Below the pieces are notes generated by a model. That model did not search any database. It saw only the letters and a list, made by a program, of their open reading frames with translations, and had not been told where the DNA came from. A program made the translations under genes and the position numbers. A stretch of 48,087 nucleotides of DNA from a virus (Duplodnaviria; Caudoviricetes): positions 1 to 48,087 of the IMG/VR virus record IMGVR_UViG_3300032226_000229; one strand, given 5' to 3'. This document shows positions 45,241 to 48,087 of this stretch, piece after piece (positions within the stretch are counted from its first letter, which is position 1; every line of letters begins with the position of its first letter).

Positions 45241-45583
45241 AAAATTTAATTTCTTTACAGAATTCAGCACCAATAATCGGTGTGTTTCTGTAGTCACTTC
45301 CTTTAACCATTATATCAGGCTTATAGTCACGAATCAAGTTTACCAATTCTTCATCGGTATCAAACACATCTACTCTATCTACGTATTTAAGTGCGAATAA
45401 TAATGATGTACGTTCATATTCGCTATTGATTGGTCTATCTGCACCTTTTAATTCTTTGATGCGTCTGTCGCTATCAGTAAGCACGTACACGTATGCGCTA
45501 GGATAAGATTTTGCATACTGCAATAATCGCAAGTGTCCTAGATGTACAATATCAAATGATCCGTTTACTATAATTTTTATCAT
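45182..45583 (-). CDS. hldC: Heptose-1-phosphate adenylyltransferase (HldC/RfaE domain II)
   Basis: NGSFDIVHLGH, SDRRIKELKGADRPIN, VKGSDY and YSTT motifs. Confidence 0.85.
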   Translation of the reverse strand: MIKIIVNGSFDIVHLGHLRLLQYAKSYPSAYVYVLTDSDRRIKELKGADRPINSEYERTSLLFALKYVDRVDVFDTDEELVNLIRDYKPDIMVKGSDYRNTPIIGAEFCKEIKFYDRLEKYSTTNKIQDIANR

Positions 45584-45594
45584 ATATCTATATA

Positions 45595-45678
45595 TGGTAC
45601 GAGTAACCGGAGTCGAACCGGTACGCATTAAGCGGCGGATTTTAAGTCCGCTGGGTCTACCAATTCCCCCATACTCGC
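45595..45678 (-). tRNA. tRNA-Leu (TAA)
   Basis: Cloverleaf with long variable arm; GCGGACTTAAAATCCGC; CCA end. Confidence 0.93.
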
Positions 45679-45683
45679 ATAAC

Positions 45684-45758
45684 TGGTCCGGCGTAGAGGA
45701 ATCGAACCTCTATAATGACTTTAGAAGAATCATGTCCTATCCGTTGAACGAACGCCAG
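45684..45758 (-). tRNA. tRNA-Arg (TCT)
   Basis: TGATT-CTTCTAA-AGTCA anticodon arm; GTTCGATTC; CCA end. Confidence 0.9.
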
Positions 45759-45777
45759 AATTAATTTCTATACATGT

Positions 45778-45806
45778 AGTATAGACTACATTGCACATCT
45801 TGTCAA
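45778..45806 (-). promoter_or_regulatory. Sigma70 promoter within the tRNA cluster
   Basis: TTGACA-N17-TATACT upstream of tRNA-Arg, tRNA-Leu and the hld genes; no palindromic box. Confidence 0.75.
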
Positions 45807-45807
45807 G

Positions 45808-45881
45808 TGGAGCGGGGTAGGAGAATCGAACTCCTGACTTCAGTTTGGAAGACTGAGGTAATACCATTTTACGAACCCCGC
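45808..45881 (-). tRNA. tRNA-Gly (TCC)
   Basis: TCAGT-CTTCCAA-ACTGA anticodon arm; U73-CCA. Confidence 0.93.
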
Positions 45882-45884
45882 AAA

Positions 45885-46118
45885 TTATTCTTCAAGTAAT
45901 GTTCTACTTTGAATTTCCCAATATCGTTCTACAGATTTACGTGCAAAATCCGAATCAATGAATTGTCCAAGTTGACTGTCTTGATTATTGACAAAGTAAA
46001 CTCTAGCACCCCAAATGCCAGTGGATGTTCCAATCTTGTAGACTGCGCCAATAATCATGCCATCTTCGCCATCAAAGTAAACCCATTGTGAGAATTCTTT
46101 TTCCATCCATTGCTTCAT
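45885..46118 (-). CDS. Hypothetical protein
   Basis: 77-aa ORF between tRNAs with AAGG RBS. Confidence 0.65.
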   Translation of the reverse strand: MKQWMEKEFSQWVYFDGEDGMIIGAVYKIGTSTGIWGARVYFVNNQDSQLGQFIDSDFARKSVERYWEIQSRTLLEE

Positions 46119-46137
46119 AGTAAAACCTTATTTTATT

Positions 46138-46211
46138 TGGCATCCCGCCAGAGACTCGAACTCCGACCAAGGGTTTTGGAGACCCACGTGCTGCCATTAC
46201 ACCAGCGAGAT
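46138..46211 (-). tRNA. tRNA-Trp (CCA)
   Basis: GGGT-CTCCAAA-ACCC anticodon arm; G73-CCA. Confidence 0.9.
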
Positions 46212-46214
46212 ATT

Positions 46215-46520
46215 TTATTTTTTCAATTGTCTAAATTTAACTTCTTGTGTTTCTTGATTGTACTTATGAATCGCATCAAACTCATCATCATACAAACCCA
46301 TCTCTTCACTGATACGAACCATTTCATCTAAAGCGGCTTCTTGGCGCTTCTTAGCAAATGCTTCGTAGCCTTCTTTAGTTCCCAATTCATAGCCTTTATC
46401 AGAATGAATTTCTTCAGCCGCTTTGATATTCTTGCGAAAGATTGCATCAAAGTTATCTGCAAATTTTTCTTGACTCACGCTAAATGGACGTGGTGCGCTT
46501 CCTTTTCCACCATCACTCAT
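46215..46520 (-). CDS. Hypothetical protein
   Basis: MSDGGKGSAPRPFSVSQEKFADNFDAIF N-terminus; coupled to the upstream gene. Confidence 0.7.
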   Translation of the reverse strand: MSDGGKGSAPRPFSVSQEKFADNFDAIFRKNIKAAEEIHSDKGYELGTKEGYEAFAKKRQEAALDEMVRISEEMGLYDDEFDAIHKYNQETQEVKFRQLKK

Positions 46521-46963
46521 AAAATCACCCTATGATATTCGTAGTTAACTGTATCGTCATTCTCTCTAAAAACAACTGCACCATTACGCATATGAAAACG
46601 TTTAGCCATTTCAGTCTTAGGACTTAGCGTAACGTATCTTTGAATTTCTGGTTTGTTTTCTTTGATATGTTTAACAGCATCAAAAATTAATGTACGACCA
46701 GCACCTGGAGCATAACTCCAAATGGTATAAAAGATTGCAACAACTGGTTCAGATGAAATCTGAAACAACTCTGTTTCTTTTGTTGGAATTTCTGTTTGAT
46801 AACTTACGCATGTAATTGCTTTTACTTGTTCATTTTCGTCACGCAACACAAAGATATCTTTGTTGTCACCAACTCTGTCAACATGTGGAATATGAGGACG
46901 CACAGGGTCTTCACTTAACATGCCCATTACACTATCAGTAAACGATTTTATTAGATATAACAT
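46517..46963 (-). CDS. GNAT-fold protein (acetyltransferase/malonyl-CoA-decarboxylase-like)
   Basis: AIFYTIWSYAPGAGRTLI..VTLSP..AKRFHMRNGA. Confidence 0.55.
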   Translation of the reverse strand: MLYLIKSFTDSVMGMLSEDPVRPHIPHVDRVGDNKDIFVLRDENEQVKAITCVSYQTEIPTKETELFQISSEPVVAIFYTIWSYAPGAGRTLIFDAVKHIKENKPEIQRYVTLSPKTEMAKRFHMRNGAVVFRENDDTVNYEYHRVIL

Positions 46964-47002
46964 TCTATACTTTCATTTTTTATTATTACTTCTTTACATT
47001 AA

Positions 47003-47077
47003 TGGTGGAGGATGGGAGGATCGAACTCCCACTTCATGCTTGCAAAGCACATGTGCTCCCATTATCACTAATCCCCC
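47003..47077 (-). tRNA. tRNA-Ala (TGC)
   Basis: GGGGGAT/ATCCTCC acceptor stem with G3-U70; TTTGCAA loop. Confidence 0.93.
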
Positions 47078-47082
47078 AAAAC

Positions 47083-47156
47083 TGGTCTCGATAGCAAGAA
47101 TCGAACTTGCGCCTCATGGTCCCAAACCACGAATGATACCATTTCACCATACCGAG
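47083..47156 (-). tRNA. tRNA-Pro (TGG)
   Basis: CGTGG-TTTGGGA-CCATG anticodon arm; CCA end. Confidence 0.9.
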
Positions 47157-47157
47157 A

Positions 47158-47165
47158 TATTTATA
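47158..47165 (-). promoter_or_regulatory. T4-type late promoter motif between tRNA-Thr and tRNA-Pro
   Basis: Exact TATAAATA, but only 1 nt from the next tRNA, so it may be non-functional. Confidence 0.3.
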
Positions 47166-47166
47166 C

Positions 47167-47240
47167 TGGTGCCCCATGACAGAATCGAACTGCCGTAACC
47201 TGATTACAAAACAGGCGTAATACCATTATACTAATAGGGC
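47167..47240 (-). tRNA. tRNA-Thr (TGT)
   Basis: CCTG-TTTTGTAAT-CAGG anticodon arm; CCA end. Confidence 0.92.
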
Positions 47241-47246
47241 GAAAAC

Positions 47247-47990
47247 TTAAATTACTTTTTCCATTATATTCTTAGCTAAGTTATCAACATCGGCTCTTGT
47301 TGTGCCTCCGAGAATAACAATTGCATATTGGTCACCATTCTTATGAACTAACATAACAAGACACTTACCAGCGGCATTTGTTGTGCCGGTTTTAGAGACT
47401 TCAATGATATCAAATTTGTTCATCAACTTCACGTTAGTGTTATTGACTGGAATCTGTTTCTCTTTATTCTTTTTATCAACAACTTTCAAATCGTATCTAC
47501 TTAATGCAGATATATCACGTATCTTATCATGTTTGTATGCGGCTGTCAACATAATAACTAAGTCTCTTGCAGTGCTGGTATTTTTTGCACTTAGACCAGA
47601 TGTATCATCAAATTTTGTATTGTACATTTCAAGCGCAATTGCACGTTTGTTCATTTGATAAACTGTCCATAGTTTACCACCCATGCTTTCTGCTAATGCT
47701 TCTGCGGCTCTGTTGTCACTTTTGACCAACATCAAATTCAATAACTCTTCTCTAGTAAACTTATTGTGTGAATAAAACATTCCTTTGTATGGAACTTTCT
47801 CATTCAATGGAACTCCACTCTCAATTATAACAAGTGCAGTCATTAACTTTGTAATGCTTGCTATTGGTCTGATTGTATCAATCTCAGAATCAACAATTGA
47901 ATGTTGTTTCGTAATGTTATATGTGTAGACTGTAATAGCACTAACATTCAAACACGTAAACATTAATATAGACAAAATTATGTTTTTCAT
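47247..47990 (-). CDS. Peptidase S11 (D-Ala-D-Ala carboxy/endopeptidase, PBP7-like)
   Basis: Signal peptide; SxxK (ASITK), SxN (SDN) and KTG motifs. Confidence 0.88.
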   Translation of the reverse strand: MKNIILSILMFTCLNVSAITVYTYNITKQHSIVDSEIDTIRPIASITKLMTALVIIESGVPLNEKVPYKGMFYSHNKFTREELLNLMLVKSDNRAAEALAESMGGKLWTVYQMNKRAIALEMYNTKFDDTSGLSAKNTSTARDLVIMLTAAYKHDKIRDISALSRYDLKVVDKKNKEKQIPVNNTNVKLMNKFDIIEVSKTGTTNAAGKCLVMLVHKNGDQYAIVILGGTTRADVDNLAKNIMEKVI

Positions 47991-48006
47991 ATACTTCTTT
48001 ATAGTG

Positions 48007-48082
48007 TGGCTCCTCAGCGTGGGATCGAACCACGGACACCTTGATTAACAGTCAAGTGCAACTACCGCTGTGCTACTGAGGA
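48007..48082 (-). tRNA. tRNA-Asn (GTT)
   Basis: CTTGA-CTGTTAA-TCAAG anticodon arm; G73-CCA. Confidence 0.93.
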
Positions 48083-48087
48083 ATAAA

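Noticed and set aside
45584-45628. Longer N-terminus of hldC overlapping tRNA-Leu
   Set aside because: Homology starts at MIKIIVNGSFD (ATG 45583); the extension is an ORF-caller artefact, as are the extended starts of gp33, tusA and hldA.
1-48087. Alternative genetic code or stop-codon reassignment
   Set aside because: Core genes are full length in code 11, all three stop codons are used at gene ends, and no suppressor tRNA is seen.

Overview
A 48 kb segment of a large, AT-rich, T4-superfamily myophage genome read in the standard genetic code. The tmRNA tag ANDSRFALAA suggests a betaproteobacterial host (inference). Layout: 1-23.3 kb tail/baseplate module (VrlC/DUF4815-like, gp8, gp7-like, gp6, gp25, short gp5, hub, gp53, gp48, then divergent gp4, gp2, gp54-like, gp26, gp51, holin-like, and a tape measure with a lysozyme domain); 23.3-26.2 kb gp32/gp59/gp33 and a SleB-type hydrolase; 26.3-29.2 kb sugar-modification trio; 29.2-29.5 kb circularly permuted two-piece tmRNA next to a TusA-like gene; 29.9-34.3 kb exonuclease, PhoH and phosphatases; 34.3-40.7 kb early small-gene region with repeated sigma70 promoters; 41-48 kb lipoproteins, ADP-heptose pathway genes, nine tRNAs and an S11 peptidase. 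Most interesting signals: the permuted tmRNA; a TGTTG-N8-CAACA palindrome at a near-fixed position upstream of six early promoters; a candidate -1 frameshift fusing gp26 to gp51; two putative capsid-packaged proteins, one a P-loop kinase; an antisense sigma70 promoter in the late operon; and an hldD stop codon located inside a tRNA gene. All family assignments come from motif recognition by eye, not database searches.
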